A DNA stretch of 64,000 nt, from assembly GCA_030295235.1 (NCBI GenBank), contig AP026169.1, forward strand, positions 806,001 to 870,000. Reading direction: 5' to 3'. Origin of the DNA: Fistulifera solaris. Lineage: Eukaryota. Under the pieces are notes generated by a model. The model ran no database searches. It had not been told where the DNA came from and saw only the letters and a program-made list of their open reading frames with translations. Positions 46,101 to 57,705 of the stretch are shown here, piece by piece. The position numbers were made by a program, and so were the translations under genes. The first letter of the stretch is position 1. The number at the start of each line of letters is the position of its first letter.

Positions 46101-47174
46101 CGCGATGGCCCCACCTGTCGAAGTATATGATGAACTACCGTTGACTCTAGAGGAACAAGAGCTATTGACCGAGACGATCAACGAACTACCCCCAGAGCAT
46201 CTCGGTGGTGTTATACAAATATTGAGAGAGGCTGCACCGGTGGGAGCCGATGAAGAAGAAATTGACCTTGATATTGACCAACTTGATAATCGAACGCAGC
46301 GTAAATTGCTTGCGCACGTGTCAAAGGTAAGGTTGATCGCACGTCGTTAATATTGTTGCTGGTGCATCTTTTATCAAAAATACACTGATTTTGGTTGTAT
46401 TTTCTTTTGCGAACTGTACAGTTTGTGAAGAAGACCAAGATCAAAGGCAGAAAACGACCTGTGTCAAAATCTCCCGTGCCCAAAAGACAAAAGACGAATG
46501 ACACCACGTCGACGAAGTCAAAGGTATCTGCGGCAGGTGCAGGATCTGATCCATTCTTTGCTTTCAATAAAGACAACAGTGAATCCGATGATGACGACTC
46601 GGATGATGGCGAGTCACTGTATAAACCGACAGCTGTTTCCGAGACAAAAAAGCAGAACGGAAAAGTCTTTGAGTTGAATACCAACACTGTCAACGAAGAT
46701 CACGATGACGATGATAATGATGACGATGAAGATATCGCCGCTAACTGGAATTTGAAGACAGCTACAACCAGTGCTAATCAAGGCAAGCCAGCAGATGACG
46801 ACGACGATTGGGGAGCCGCTCGGGAACAAGCGGCAGCCACGAAAGCGCGCGAAGCCGAACGTAAAGCTCGCGAAGAGAAAATGAAAAAGGAAGCTGAAGA
46901 ATTGAAGAACCAACGCTTGGCGGACGCTGCCGCCCAAGTAGAAGAACTACGTGCCCAGCGCGAAGAAGAGGAAGCCAAAAATGCTCGTCTACGCGAACAA
47001 GAAGCCGAAGAAGCTCGAAAGGCGGCGCGAGAAGCACTTCGTGCCCAAGTTCAATCCGTAGAGCAAACGGTGGATTTGGGCGACTCACAACGGGATTTAA
47101 TGAAACAATATGAGCAGAGTTTTCTCGATAAGGACTATGGAAGCGCTAGTCCTTCTTCGGACTTTGGATTCTAA
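43167..47174 (+). CDS. BET-like bromodomain + ET domain protein with three N-terminal beta-rich repeats
   Basis: Bromodomain [25 protein letters not shown]...VFENAMTFN. Extra T near 45662. ET domain LTLEEQELLTETINELP...EEIDLDIDQLD. Intron 46327-46421, then a C-terminal coiled coil. Confidence 0.9.
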
Positions 47175-47558
47175 ATCAGAAGAAACGAAAACTATGGGAT
47201 AATGCAATTCACGAAAGGGGGACTACGGCATGCTTTGCCATTGGAAGTTGTACTTGATTATGTAATTCAGTCTCAATAGATTACTATTATTGTTTCGATG
47301 TGTAGTATCGCAACTCGTATGATGTTGATAAAGTAATATCGAGCTCTAGTCCGTCTTGCGTCGTCCGGTGATTCTCTACGTAGTGTCACGAAGTTTTTGT
47401 ACTGGTACTGCGACAGCACGTACAGCTTCCACACGTTTGCTAGGCTGCGACCGTTCTTTTTTCTTCATTACCTATCAAATCGAGGACGTTTTCATTCTTT
47501 TGCTACCATCATTGCAATTGCATTTCTTTTATTATTTGAATTGTGAATAAAAAAGAAA

Positions 47559-48280
47559 ATGGGAGATATTCCGGAAGGCGAGCATCGCTTACAAAACGGT
47601 ACGCAGATGAGAAAGCCTAGGCTGTATTTTGTTCCAATTTTTGCTGCTTCTCAGTCACTTCTTTTTGTGTTATATATTCTCTCTAATCTCACAATCACGT
47701 ACGCACACAATGCAGAATGGGTCTTGTGGGAGCACAAGGCCGCCGGCGGCGGTGCAAAATCCTCAAATCAGTGGAAAGAAAACATGAGTGAATTGTGTCA
47801 CATCCGAACAGTCGAAGACTTTTGGAGAAATTTCAATCACATTCCAAAACCTTCCGAAGTCTTCTTTGATGGAGAATCCCGTAAAAAAGTCGGTCCGACT
47901 GCAAAGACTATTGAAGAGTATTCGCTATTTAAAAGGGAATTGAGCCGGAATGGGGTGATCCGGCTAATATTGTGGGTGGGGAATGGTTCTGCCGACAATC
48001 GTTCGAACCGGAATTGTTGGATCTATACTGGATGAACTTGGCTATGAGTGTCATTGGGGAAACAATGGAAACCGATAGTCCCGAAGACACGGTTAATGGG
48101 GTTCGTGTCGTGGATAAATCGCGTGGACAGTATCCCATGTTCAAACTGGAGTTATGGGTTCGCACTCGTCGTCCGGGCGACAAAGATCGATTGCTCAAGC
48201 GATTGCAGGAAATCATCAAGGATGGACAGCATCCTCGATTTAAATTGCAACCCAAGTTCGAGTGGAAGGATCATTCTTGA
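47559..48280 (+). CDS. eIF4E: Translation initiation factor eIF4E family member
   Basis: HRLQN|EWVLW across intron 47599-47715, TVEDFW, FKKGIEPEWGDPAN (1-nt loss near 47932), GGEW, VIGE, NGVRVVDK and KLELW. Confidence 0.92.
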
Positions 48281-48371
48281 AATGCACATTCTATTATGTA
48301 GTCGATTCGTAGCAAAATTATATGCTTAAGGATGAGGTGGTGACTCTATTTCTAGCTCTCTATTGTATCTT

Positions 48372-49555
48372 TTAAGAGGAGACCTTCGGTGAATACCAGC
48401 TCTTTGCCTGACCCATCCAAGCAATCATTTTCTCATTGATAATATCCGGAACTTCATCGTGTGGGCAATGTCCTACGCCTGGCAGGACATCGAGTTGCCA
48501 AAAGTAAGATGGTTTAGGAAGCGCGTTTGTTTCACTTTCCGCATTCTTTTGAAAGTAAAAGTCTCCAACCCTGTTGCAGGGTGTGCACCCGCGTTATACG
48601 GAGTCCACGGATCATCTTGGCCCCACAAAGCCAAGATAGGACACTGCAAGGTCGGCAAGATGGATTCCGGAGTCGGTCCGGGAGGACCTCCGAACACAGA
48701 TAAAAACACATCACATGCACCCTCATCGTCCGCGGGTGTTAACAATATTTCAAGCAACTCTTCATCAACATTAGTGACACCATTCACACCGTATACGCCA
48801 TTCTTTGATAATATCGTTTGTACATTTTCTCGTGTGCGAAAATTTTCAAAGAATCGGGGCCCAAAGAAGGGTCCTTGAATGAATACTTTCTGAACGACAA
48901 ACAAGATAGGCCGCGCCCACAGAGGAACATCTTCGTAGCGAAAGCCTGTCATGCCGCCACTGCAATTGAACAGCACGAGACCTTGAACCGCATTGGGTAA
49001 TAATTGAGCCACCATGAGAGAACACAATCCTCCAATCGAATTGCCAGCCACAATCCATGGTTCTTTCTGCTTTTGTGCAACAATAAAGTCACGCAAAAGT
49101 TCCGCAAACAATTCCATACTGTACGGTACATTTGACGGTTTATCGCTGGCTCCGAATCCGAGCAAATCGACCGCATAAACGCGATAGCCGGCTTGTACGA
49201 GTGCAGGAAATTGGTATCGAAAGTGATTGACATTCGCGCCGAAACCGTGAATGAGTAAAACAGGCGGACCTTTTCCTTCGACACGATAATTGATATTGTA
49301 TGTTTCGCCTTGATACTTCCAAGCAAAAGATTCATAGAAGCGTCGCACTTGAGGGGACATCCTTGCTACAGCTGTCGTTGATGGATTTGTTGTATCCTCT
49401 GCAGGAATTCCCACACCATTCGATTGCTGCGGTTGCGGTGATTCAGATGAAGAGAACTTTCGCGTCGATCTTCTTACCAAGCTCTCCGTCGGCAGCAAAA
49501 CAAAGCTTTGACACGAGATGACGAAGCACGAAAAAGCAATCAAAGTTTTACTCAT
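48372..49555 (-). CDS. Plastid-targeted alpha/beta hydrolase, chlorophyll dephytylase CLD1 / pheophytinase-like
   Basis: Presequence CQS-FV. LIHGFGA, DLLGFGASDKP, GNSIGG, FNCSGGM, GPPGPTP and WGQDDPWTP. After a 1-nt loss near 48558 the frame continues GVGHCPHDE to the stop at 48372-48374. Confidence 0.85.
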
Positions 49556-50278
49556 AGAGTTGTAATGCATTTTGTTTTTGTGTGTCTTGTCAGCCAAAAT
49601 GTGTCTTTCCTAAGGGAGCAGAACCAAGTAGCAATCCAGAAAAAATACAATAGAAGAAAAGAAAGGAAACTCTTGAGAACGGGCTAACTATTATGCTTTT
49701 GCTTCGCTAATGAGAAAGGCAAAGACGAAGAATTACTCCGAGTAATAAAAAATAATGGGAACCATTTTCAACACTTCCGAAAAGGGTTCGAGCTCAATCT
49801 ATTGCGAAGACGATGAGCGTTCAGGATGATCTCACAATCAGGACTAAAATCAAGTCGTGAAGAAAGGTCGCTTACACATTAAGGCTATAGTAGATGCTCC
49901 CATGACAGCCATCTCGAAGAAAAAGGCGATGTAACAGGCAAATGTAGCTATATTTGTAGCTCACTTCCTTCCATAATAAGCGTAGCTTAAAGTAGAATAT
50001 TTGATTTATGGTAAAAGACTGCGACAAACACCTGAAAGGTGCAGGATCTAAATCGAATTGGATGTAAAGAAGCCAGAACATGCGTGCAAACAACGCAAGC
50101 CGACGTTTCGTTTAAATGCAACTGCGGTCAAACAATTAAAATCCTATACTCATAACAAGCCCATCTAAACTCTGTCTTTCTAGGCTTAAAAGTAGATCGT
50201 AGTTTCTTACAAACTCCCCGAACAGTGAGGGAGTTTCAGTTTTCTATGATTCGTGGCTACCAAAATCCCTCCAATCAT

Positions 50279-53257
50279 TCATTCTTTTGCTCCCGTTGTT
50301 TCTTTTTGAATCAGCTCTTCCATGGATACAGGTTTCCAAGGCAACGATGGGTTTTCACAAGCATATACCACATTGGATTCCAGATAAATGGGTGTCTTGC
50401 CAAAAACAAAGATCTGCTTGCCACTGCTTGATAGGCCATTCATTGATTTGGGTTGAAACAAAATATCGTGTTCACGTGCCAACTCTTCAACGACGTCCCG
50501 AAAAGTCGGCATGGCCGTTTGGGTTTGTTGTCGCAAGCGAATTTGCGCTTCCACAAAAGCGGTGTCGCCACCTTCCATGCGGTAATAGTCATCGTCCGCT
50601 CGTTTCTTGGCTTCCGCGACACGACGGGCTAACACGGTATGATACGAGACAGGATCCGATGGATAGAGCACATCGTCCAAGGGCGCCTTCGTTACCAGCA
50701 TTTGTAACACGGAGTTGAAATACCGACAGATCATTTCGTCGTGGAAGAGAACGAGATGTGTCGATTGGCTTTCAGAGACTGAAAGCAGCTGCGTCTTGAA
50801 ATGTGCATAGGATTCTGCCACCTCCATGGCGTGACCTTGAACCATTCGATCGTGTTGCAATATTACCCAATTCGACATCACTTCGCCTTCCAATAGACTC
50901 AAGCAGATTTCATCGGACAAAAGACCAAGTTGATGCATCTCAAGCGTCTTGAACAAGAAACGAGTATCTTTATTGAGATCAAGTGCTGATTGCGACAAAG
51001 CTCGTGCCAGACGTGGCGTTATCGATGTAACCATCATACTGTACATCGTTTCCTTTCTAAACAGAATCTTCCACGGCAAAATGCAGCGAACAATGGCATC
51101 CAAAAATTCTAAATTGTCAGGTCGTTTCTGGTCCAAATACTGCAAAGATTTTTGTATTTTGCGTTTGCAATCCGATAGAAACGACGCCATAGTGGCGCTT
51201 TTCTCCAAATGGGCTATCCAAGGTAATATCCAAAGATCGAGACGACTGCGCAAATCATTCCCATCCCATTGGGGCTTCCACTGAGCGAGAGCACGTGACA
51301 ATCGATCATGGATACATTGAAACATTATTTCTTCTTGAAAACGTTGCCATACTAAATTCCTGCTTTCGTACTCTTCAAACTGGTCGGGTAGTACATTTTG
51401 ATCATTATCGTTGTACTCGGTGCGTTTCTGGACTTTCTCATCGAGTGGCTGAAGCATGCGTTCCAGCAATTCATATACGTGGACCCCTTCCAACGGCGAC
51501 TGCGTAGGGTCCCAGCGTGATGACTCAAATGCTTTCTTTGCAGTAGGTAAGAGATACGTTAGGGCCAATGTTGACGCCACCCTGTTGGCAGATGTAACAT
51601 CTCCTACTGCTTTCGCCAGATGAAGAACTGACGCTATTATTTTCTCAGACACATCTATCTCATCTTTAAGTGGCTTCCATCCTTTCATTCTGTCCTCTAC
51701 AAAAGTTCCGATGATGGACGGAAGCATAACATCCAAAAACTGCAGTTCCTTTTGATCTTGAGCAGAAAAAATATTCGAAATACTTTGAATGTGCCGACTC
51801 AAAACATGCAACGATTTATCCTCCTCGTCCGCCGTAGGTGCTTCGTCAGCACTACGTAGCTGTTCTATCGATCGTAAAATCTGATTGACTCTTTCCATTT
51901 TTTCCGCTCGTTCTTCCAAGGCTTGACTCTTACTAGTGTATTCCGTCACTTCAGACGCTGTGCTTTCCAGTTTTCGTTCCGAAGATCGAACAAAGGTCGC
52001 CACAGAGTACATACTATTCTCTAGTGTCCCCAAAATCAGTGATACATTGTGCAATAACTCTTCCGCCAATGGAATTTCAGCGGAAACGTCTATGGCGTCC
52101 TTGTCTATTAATGGCCCCCGCATGTCTATAATTTTCGTTTCCAGTTGCGGCGGCTGACTCATCATGTCTGTAAATGGAACAACGACCGGTCGCTGCCGCT
52201 TCTTGGACTTGACTTCCTTCGCTCCCCGCTTCCAGCTCTTGTCGTTCATCAAATCTTGGGTATTCGGGAGCATTGATTTGAAGGCCGACATTGCAGTTGC
52301 CTCTTTATCAATGACGCTACGCTTCTCTTCATTTTCGTCTTTCCATTCGATACCCCGGACTTCGGCCTCAATCTGTCGATTCGTCTTCAGTTGCGTCGCT
52401 TCCTTGAAATTCCCAAATCCTAAGCCCAGATTCGCCGGTCGTACTTTCACTTCAATGGGTTTGGAAATACCACTCGCAGCATTCTCGGCCCGTTTCTTAG
52501 AACCCAATCCTCCAGCTCCTTGGTATCCCATTTTGGCCAGAAGTTTCATACCAATCCCTTTGGTATGTTTCTCCCAAGTTCCGACCTTCGCCGAGGGCTG
52601 CTTTGATGCGCGCGATGTATCGAATGGTAAAGTTGGTGGTGTCTCCTTCCCAAATGGTTGTGATGCCCCGGTTTTTAGTGACGCTGCATGTTTCGTAGCG
52701 ACTTTAGGTTGTGTAAATATTGAAGCTGTTGATGATTCTGCCGTCAAGGTCGGCCTCTTTCGCTTGCTGCCTTTTTGCAGTAAGGAAAGAAAATAGTCAT
52801 CTGCTTGCCGTTGCTTCTTTTCAAATTCCAATTCTTCTGGAGTCGGCTCTTCTACTGATGTTTCTGCAGCATTGCGAGCAGATCCTTCTTTTCGCTCCTC
52901 ATTCTCGTCGCCATCTGCTTGTTGATCGCTACTCATTGAGTTTAACACTCCTTTAACAAACATGGGAGCTCCAAGTTTGTTTTTCCGATTGATGTGGTTA
53001 TTGTGAGTACCTTGCCCGTTCGATCGATTTCGTTTACGAAAAGTAGTTCCTTCATCCTCTTCTTCTGAACCGTCGAGAAACACACCATACGTAGCTTCTT
53101 CTTTCGAGGGACGGCGCTTGTTACCGTTATTAAGACTCTTATCTTCATCGTCGATTGTTGTGTATTGAAACCTGCCTCGTTTTCTAGTCAATAGTTCGTC
53201 ATCGTCGTCGTCAGAGGAAGTGTTTATCACAGAGTCCTCATCGTCATCATAAGACAT
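50279..53257 (-). CDS. TFIP11: Tuftelin-interacting protein 11 / Ntr1 / STIP (G-patch + GCFC), spliceosome disassembly
   Basis: KEEATYGVF, WEKHTKGIGMKLLAKMGY..GGLG, KIIDMRGP, ELLHN, WILPW and TFRDVVEELA. Confidence 0.93.
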   Translation of the reverse strand: MSYDDDEDSVINTSSDDDDDELLTRKRGRFQYTTIDDEDKSLNNGNKRRPSKEEATYGVFLDGSEEEDEGTTFRKRNRSNGQGTHNNHINRKNKLGAPMFVKGVLNSMSSDQQADGDENEERKEGSARNAAETSVEEPTPEELEFEKKQRQADDYFLSLLQKGSKRKRPTLTAESSTASIFTQPKVATKHAASLKTGASQPFGKETPPTLPFDTSRASKQPSAKVGTWEKHTKGIGMKLLAKMGYQGAGGLGSKKRAENAASGISKPIEVKVRPANLGLGFGNFKEATQLKTNRQIEAEVRGIEWKDENEEKRSVIDKEATAMSAFKSMLPNTQDLMNDKSWKRGAKEVKSKKRQRPVVVPFTDMMSQPPQLETKIIDMRGPLIDKDAIDVSAEIPLAEELLHNVSLILGTLENSMYSVATFVRSSERKLESTASEVTEYTSKSQALEERAEKMERVNQILRSIEQLRSADEAPTADEEDKSLHVLSRHIQSISNIFSAQDQKELQFLDVMLPSIIGTFVEDRMKGWKPLKDEIDVSEKIIASVLHLAKAVGDVTSANRVASTLALTYLLPTAKKAFESSRWDPTQSPLEGVHVYELLERMLQPLDEKVQKRTEYNDNDQNVLPDQFEEYESRNLVWQRFQEEIMFQCIHDRLSRALAQWKPQWDGNDLRSRLDLWILPWIAHLEKSATMASFLSDCKRKIQKSLQYLDQKRPDNLEFLDAIVRCILPWKILFRKETMYSMMVTSITPRLARALSQSALDLNKDTRFLFKTLEMHQLGLLSDEICLSLLEGEVMSNWVILQHDRMVQGHAMEVAESYAHFKTQLLSVSESQSTHLVLFHDEMICRYFNSVLQMLVTKAPLDDVLYPSDPVSYHTVLARRVAEAKKRADDDYYRMEGGDTAFVEAQIRLRQQTQTAMPTFRDVVEELAREHDILFQPKSMNGLSSSGKQIFVFGKTPIYLESNVVYACENPSLPWKPVSMEELIQKETTGAKE

Positions 53258-53700
53258 TCTCTCTTTTTAATATTAAGTCGGAACAGAATAATACAAGGAA
53301 TGCACAGCAATAATCATGAATGAATAAGGAGAGTGCTTGTCAAAGACAACGACTACTAGTAAACCTGGTGAACGGTAGTTATACAAGTATTGCTCCCCGA
53401 GCACCTGGGGCTCACCTTTTCGAGGCGGAAAAATTGGTAAGGTTAGAGATATATAGATTTTAGTCGTCACTCGTGGCTGAGATATGGATTGAAGTGTAAA
53501 GGTGACTTCAGTCAACAATGCTCCAGTCCCGCAAATGATCGATGACGACATTTTCCGAGCAAATCTTCCTGCATATTTTTTCATCAAGTAAATCAATAAA
53601 GCGGAAGACATTTCCTTGTCTATTGCATTACATCAATTCAATCGTTATTGAAAACAGTAAAACTTACAATTACGTACTACGTGGTGATTGTCCCTCATGG

Positions 53701-54652
53701 TCAAACTTCCAATGATGATTGCAAACGAACAGAAGCAAGCGATGCATCCTCGCTGCAACTCTCATCATAGGATGTGACAGAAAAGTCGTCATAGTATGGG
53801 AATTCGTCTTCAAAAGATTGATCCGAACAGCTTTCAATATCATACAAGGAATCCATATCGTCAGCATCGACCGAGCACTCGTCATCCGACGTATCCTTTG
53901 AAAAGACCAATGATGCATTACTCGACTGATTTTCACCGGAAGGAGAAGCCCGGTTCATCATGTCTCGAACATCACCTAATACGCTGTCTGTAGGCAAGCG
54001 TAACGCCGTTCTTTTCTTGACTGGAGAGAAAAATGAAAGAGCGCTATCCAATGAGGAGTAGCTTGTCATGATTTGTTCTGATGATTCTCCAGTTATTTCG
54101 GCTGGGGATTCCAGAACATTGTTGTTTTGATCCGCCTTTAAAAGATTCAGTGCCAGAGACTGTTGGAGGCCTATTTTCAGAGAGAACGAGCGTCTATGTT
54201 TTCGCGGAGAGGCCGATGCAAAGCGGGTTGTTTCATTTTGGCATGCGTCCTGGGTGACCACTGTGAGCATATTTGTGAGATCCTGACAAAGCGTTTGGGA
54301 GATAGCTCGGCTTTTTTTGGGGGGGGGGGGGGGGAGAAAGGAGGCGAATAGGTTGTACTGGTGGACTCATGGAGGAAGGCGTCGTTAAGAGGGGAAAGTC
54401 AACTCCTGGAGATTGTGTTTGCTTGATTGTCATCATGCGATCGAGTGCTGATTCCCATCGTGATATGGCCTTTTGAGCTTTCAAATGACTGACACAGTTA
54501 TTTCGACAACTAGTTCCAATTGTTTCCGCACGTGCCCGTTGATTTCTCATATCCTTTTTTGCTTTTCGTGTTCGTTCAAATTCATCCACACTCACTTCCC
54601 TACAAGGCCAGAGTTCTTCTCTGAGAAGGTCGAAAGAATAGTTCAGATTCAT
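53701..54652 (-). CDS. Unknown S/D-rich diatom-type protein; frame broken at a G16 run
   Basis: ORFs 54233-54652 and 53701-54270 join across the G16/T7 run at 54312-54334 (SRWES...PPVQPIRLLSPPPPP...SQTLCQDL). Confidence 0.55.
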
Positions 54653-56097
54653 GGGTGAGTTTTACTTTATGATGTGATTGGTAATAGATCCACTTTGGTC
54701 GAGTCAACACTTACAGAGACAAACATCGATCGTCCTCTATGTTCTTACGAAAGATCTGGACGCGAACGTTGCCGAACTGTATCTTGCTCACTCTTTCTTG
54801 CAGATATAAGGATTCCGAGTCGTGACGGTGAATTGATTTCATTGCTTTATTGTCCTTTTACAAAAGCAAGCAATAGAGAAAAATGAAAACAATCAACATC
54901 GGCAACTTGAGAAACGGTTCGGGCGTTTGACAACGGCGTGAGAAGTGAGAATGCGGCGAGCGGCGCTGGTGGGCGTGGAACGTGAACGCCCAATAAGCTC
55001 TTCTGGCTCACTTTCGAGCCAGGTAGTGTCCCAAACAACTCTTTTTATGAGAGCTAAATTCCCAAAACAAGATAAAATTAGGACTGTCATAAGATAGTAT
55101 CGAAGACTGGAGCCCGGGAATGACAGGGCTATACAAAATGAGAGGTGCCTTTTTGTCTTTCCCAATCGACAATCGACACCCGACACTCGACACTCGACAC
55201 ACTTCCCACATTACAACTAATTGAAACACTCTAGAGTGTGTTTGAAATTCATTTCGGAATGAGTAGGGAAACGGAAAAAGGAAAATATAAAGTACTACGT
55301 AGCCACTACTCACTGCCAGTAAAACGCACTTGACTCTGTTGTCCGTGCTGTCTTGTTTGTTGTGTCCTCTGTCCTCTTGTTTTCGTGTTTCGTTCCACGT
55401 TTGAAGCGACGATGCGGTGCATGGTGCACGAACAAGACACAAAAGTAACAGCCTACTACTACCAATGCTTGATTAAAGTAGAGTAGACACGGGAACTTAA
55501 GTACTCCGTAGTAAGGAAGTGTGAACGGCGCGAAATGAGAATGGGATGTGCGATGATTTGCGATGAAAATGCTTTATGTCCGTCCCTCTATCTACCATCG
55601 ACATCAGAAGTCAAACGTCAACCATTAAATAGATCAGGCAACCGACATCCTCAACCAGTCAGCGACATGTTTACTTCCTGTGTTGATCCTTCATTCAAAG
55701 GAACTAGAAGCTCGAAGCAAGCCCGAGGAGTCATCGAAGATTAGAGAAGCAGTTTGACTTTTTCATTGCTAAAAGATGCTAACCTGACGCTGGAAGACGA
55801 AAGGAAGAATCCCAGGAAGACCCATTTGGAAGGACCATTACTTGGTAGCAAGTTCGCGATTGATCATCTTTTGAGAGTATTTGACCATTACACCTTCCAA
55901 CGCGAAAGCAATGGTGCTCATACATCGATGCAACAGCTACACCCACATAAAACTTTTAACTGCAGAGGCCGAATCAAACATTTACGATGGTTGCTGAAAC
56001 TTTTTAGGACGTTTCAGTTGTTCTCTCGAAGATCCACCTGGTTTAAGAGCTCGACCGAGAGGTAGAACTGGTTGTAGTGCATGATTAGTACCAGCTG

Positions 56098-56923
56098 CTA
56101 AAAGCTGAAGTGGTATTGGCGGGTTAAACATAGATGGAATCTGTGGAAAAATGGAAGGACTAAAGCTCCTGGAAATCCATCGACCAAGTTGACTACTCCT
56201 GGTTGTGGGAAAAACCCAAAAAGGGCTCCACCAAAATTAGCATGAGTTTCGTTTGCTGTAAACCACATGGTGGGAGCTTCTACTAAAGCCCGTCGTTTCT
56301 TTGCAGGGGCGACTTCTATGTGTTTCCTATCATCGCTGCATTCTGGCGCCTCTGCAGTGGCCGACTTTATGTCGGTTTTTCCTTCTTCGCAAAAAGGAAG
56401 CGCATAAAAGTCAGGGCTCTCACCAACGGTCAAGTGTGAAGTCGATTTGCCTTTTATCGGAGTCCTTACAATTACTCTTGCAATGTCAGGCCGCCCCTTT
56501 AAGAACATCTTATGATAGTAACCTCCACGGTCTTTCCCACAAAATATCCTTTGAGATGAGTACAAAGAGAGCTGTCTATGAAACGATGTTAACTTCGTTT
56601 GCCGAAAGAATCTGGAAACGAGGATTAGTAGAGATGAGATGACTTGGCTTTTAGTACCCTTCGTTGTAAATGGTGGGCACAAACCTCGGTAGAATTTCGC
56701 TCGCGAATCTAGCCGGCTGATGCAGTATAAAGCTTCTCCCATGTTCCTGCCAAGAGACGACATCGCTCAGTCCACTCTTTTGTGTCGCTTCTAACATATT
56801 ATAAAGCCGGACGGGGAACGGGTCAACAACGCCGCCACGTGGTCCCTTCCTCTTACTTTTTACAAGATCGTTTACGACCTCTTCAATATCGACATTTAAC
56901 AAGTCCCGATATGGATCTCCCAT
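56098..56923 (-). CDS. HSF: Heat-shock-factor (HSF) DNA-binding domain transcription factor (3' end uncertain)
   Basis: RGGVVDPFPVRLYNML, VVSWQEHGRSF, ILPR|FFRQTKLTSFHRQLSLY across intron 56684-56612, GGYYHKMFLKGRP and PDFYALP. A possible further indel near 56148. Confidence 0.9.
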
Positions 56924-57705
56924 GTCTCTTTCTCGGCGCTCAAATATTTTATCTCATCCTTTTCATACGGAATACGCAATGTAAAGGATCCGTATGCAAC
57001 ATGCTTTTCACTGAAGAACGCATCGATCTGAGGGAGAAAAAAAAACGATGATGCAGGGCAGAGGCAGAGGTCGAAAAGGTTTTACCCCAATAAGTTTGTT
57101 TGCCACTTTTCTCCGTTGACTGCGAGTGTCATTTTATGGGAACCAGTACCAGGTACAGCAGGCATCACCTGGTACAGTTGAGAGTGAACAGTGAACAGGA
57201 TACTTTGTACAGAAGCCCTGAAACCCGCGAACGTCGATTCGACGGCCGACCGGCTTTTAAACTCGAGTAGGGGAAATATGGATACGGAGTACTAGGCAGT
57301 GTTCTCTCCTTTCTCTCTCGAAACTCTAGCGAGGCGAGACTATAAACCCTAGATGGACCTGTGGAGTAGAATAGCCATCACTACTCTGCATTCGTTCCTC
57401 GAATCCAAAGATTAGCTAGGGGTTGGAGCGGATTTTGATGCGGGAGATAAACTGGGACCTAAGTACCGGTACCTGGTAGTTTAGGCAACGACAATCAACC
57501 TCGTCTTCCTCGCTTCGTTGCCAAACTTGTCAATTTCGCGAAATGAAAGCAATTTTTTATGGTTTAATTTTACCCGCCTATGAGGCGTAAAAATGCTTGT
57601 TTTTCCGTTATCCAACAAATCAACAGGCGAAAAGCTCGTCATGTCGAGCCTCATCATCAAAAGCGCCCGAAGATCAGTTTCTAGTCGCATCTTGTTGACT
57701 ATCTC

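Noticed and set aside
55168..55203. (CGACACT)-like 7-mer repeats
   Set aside because: Simple microsatellite-like slippage.
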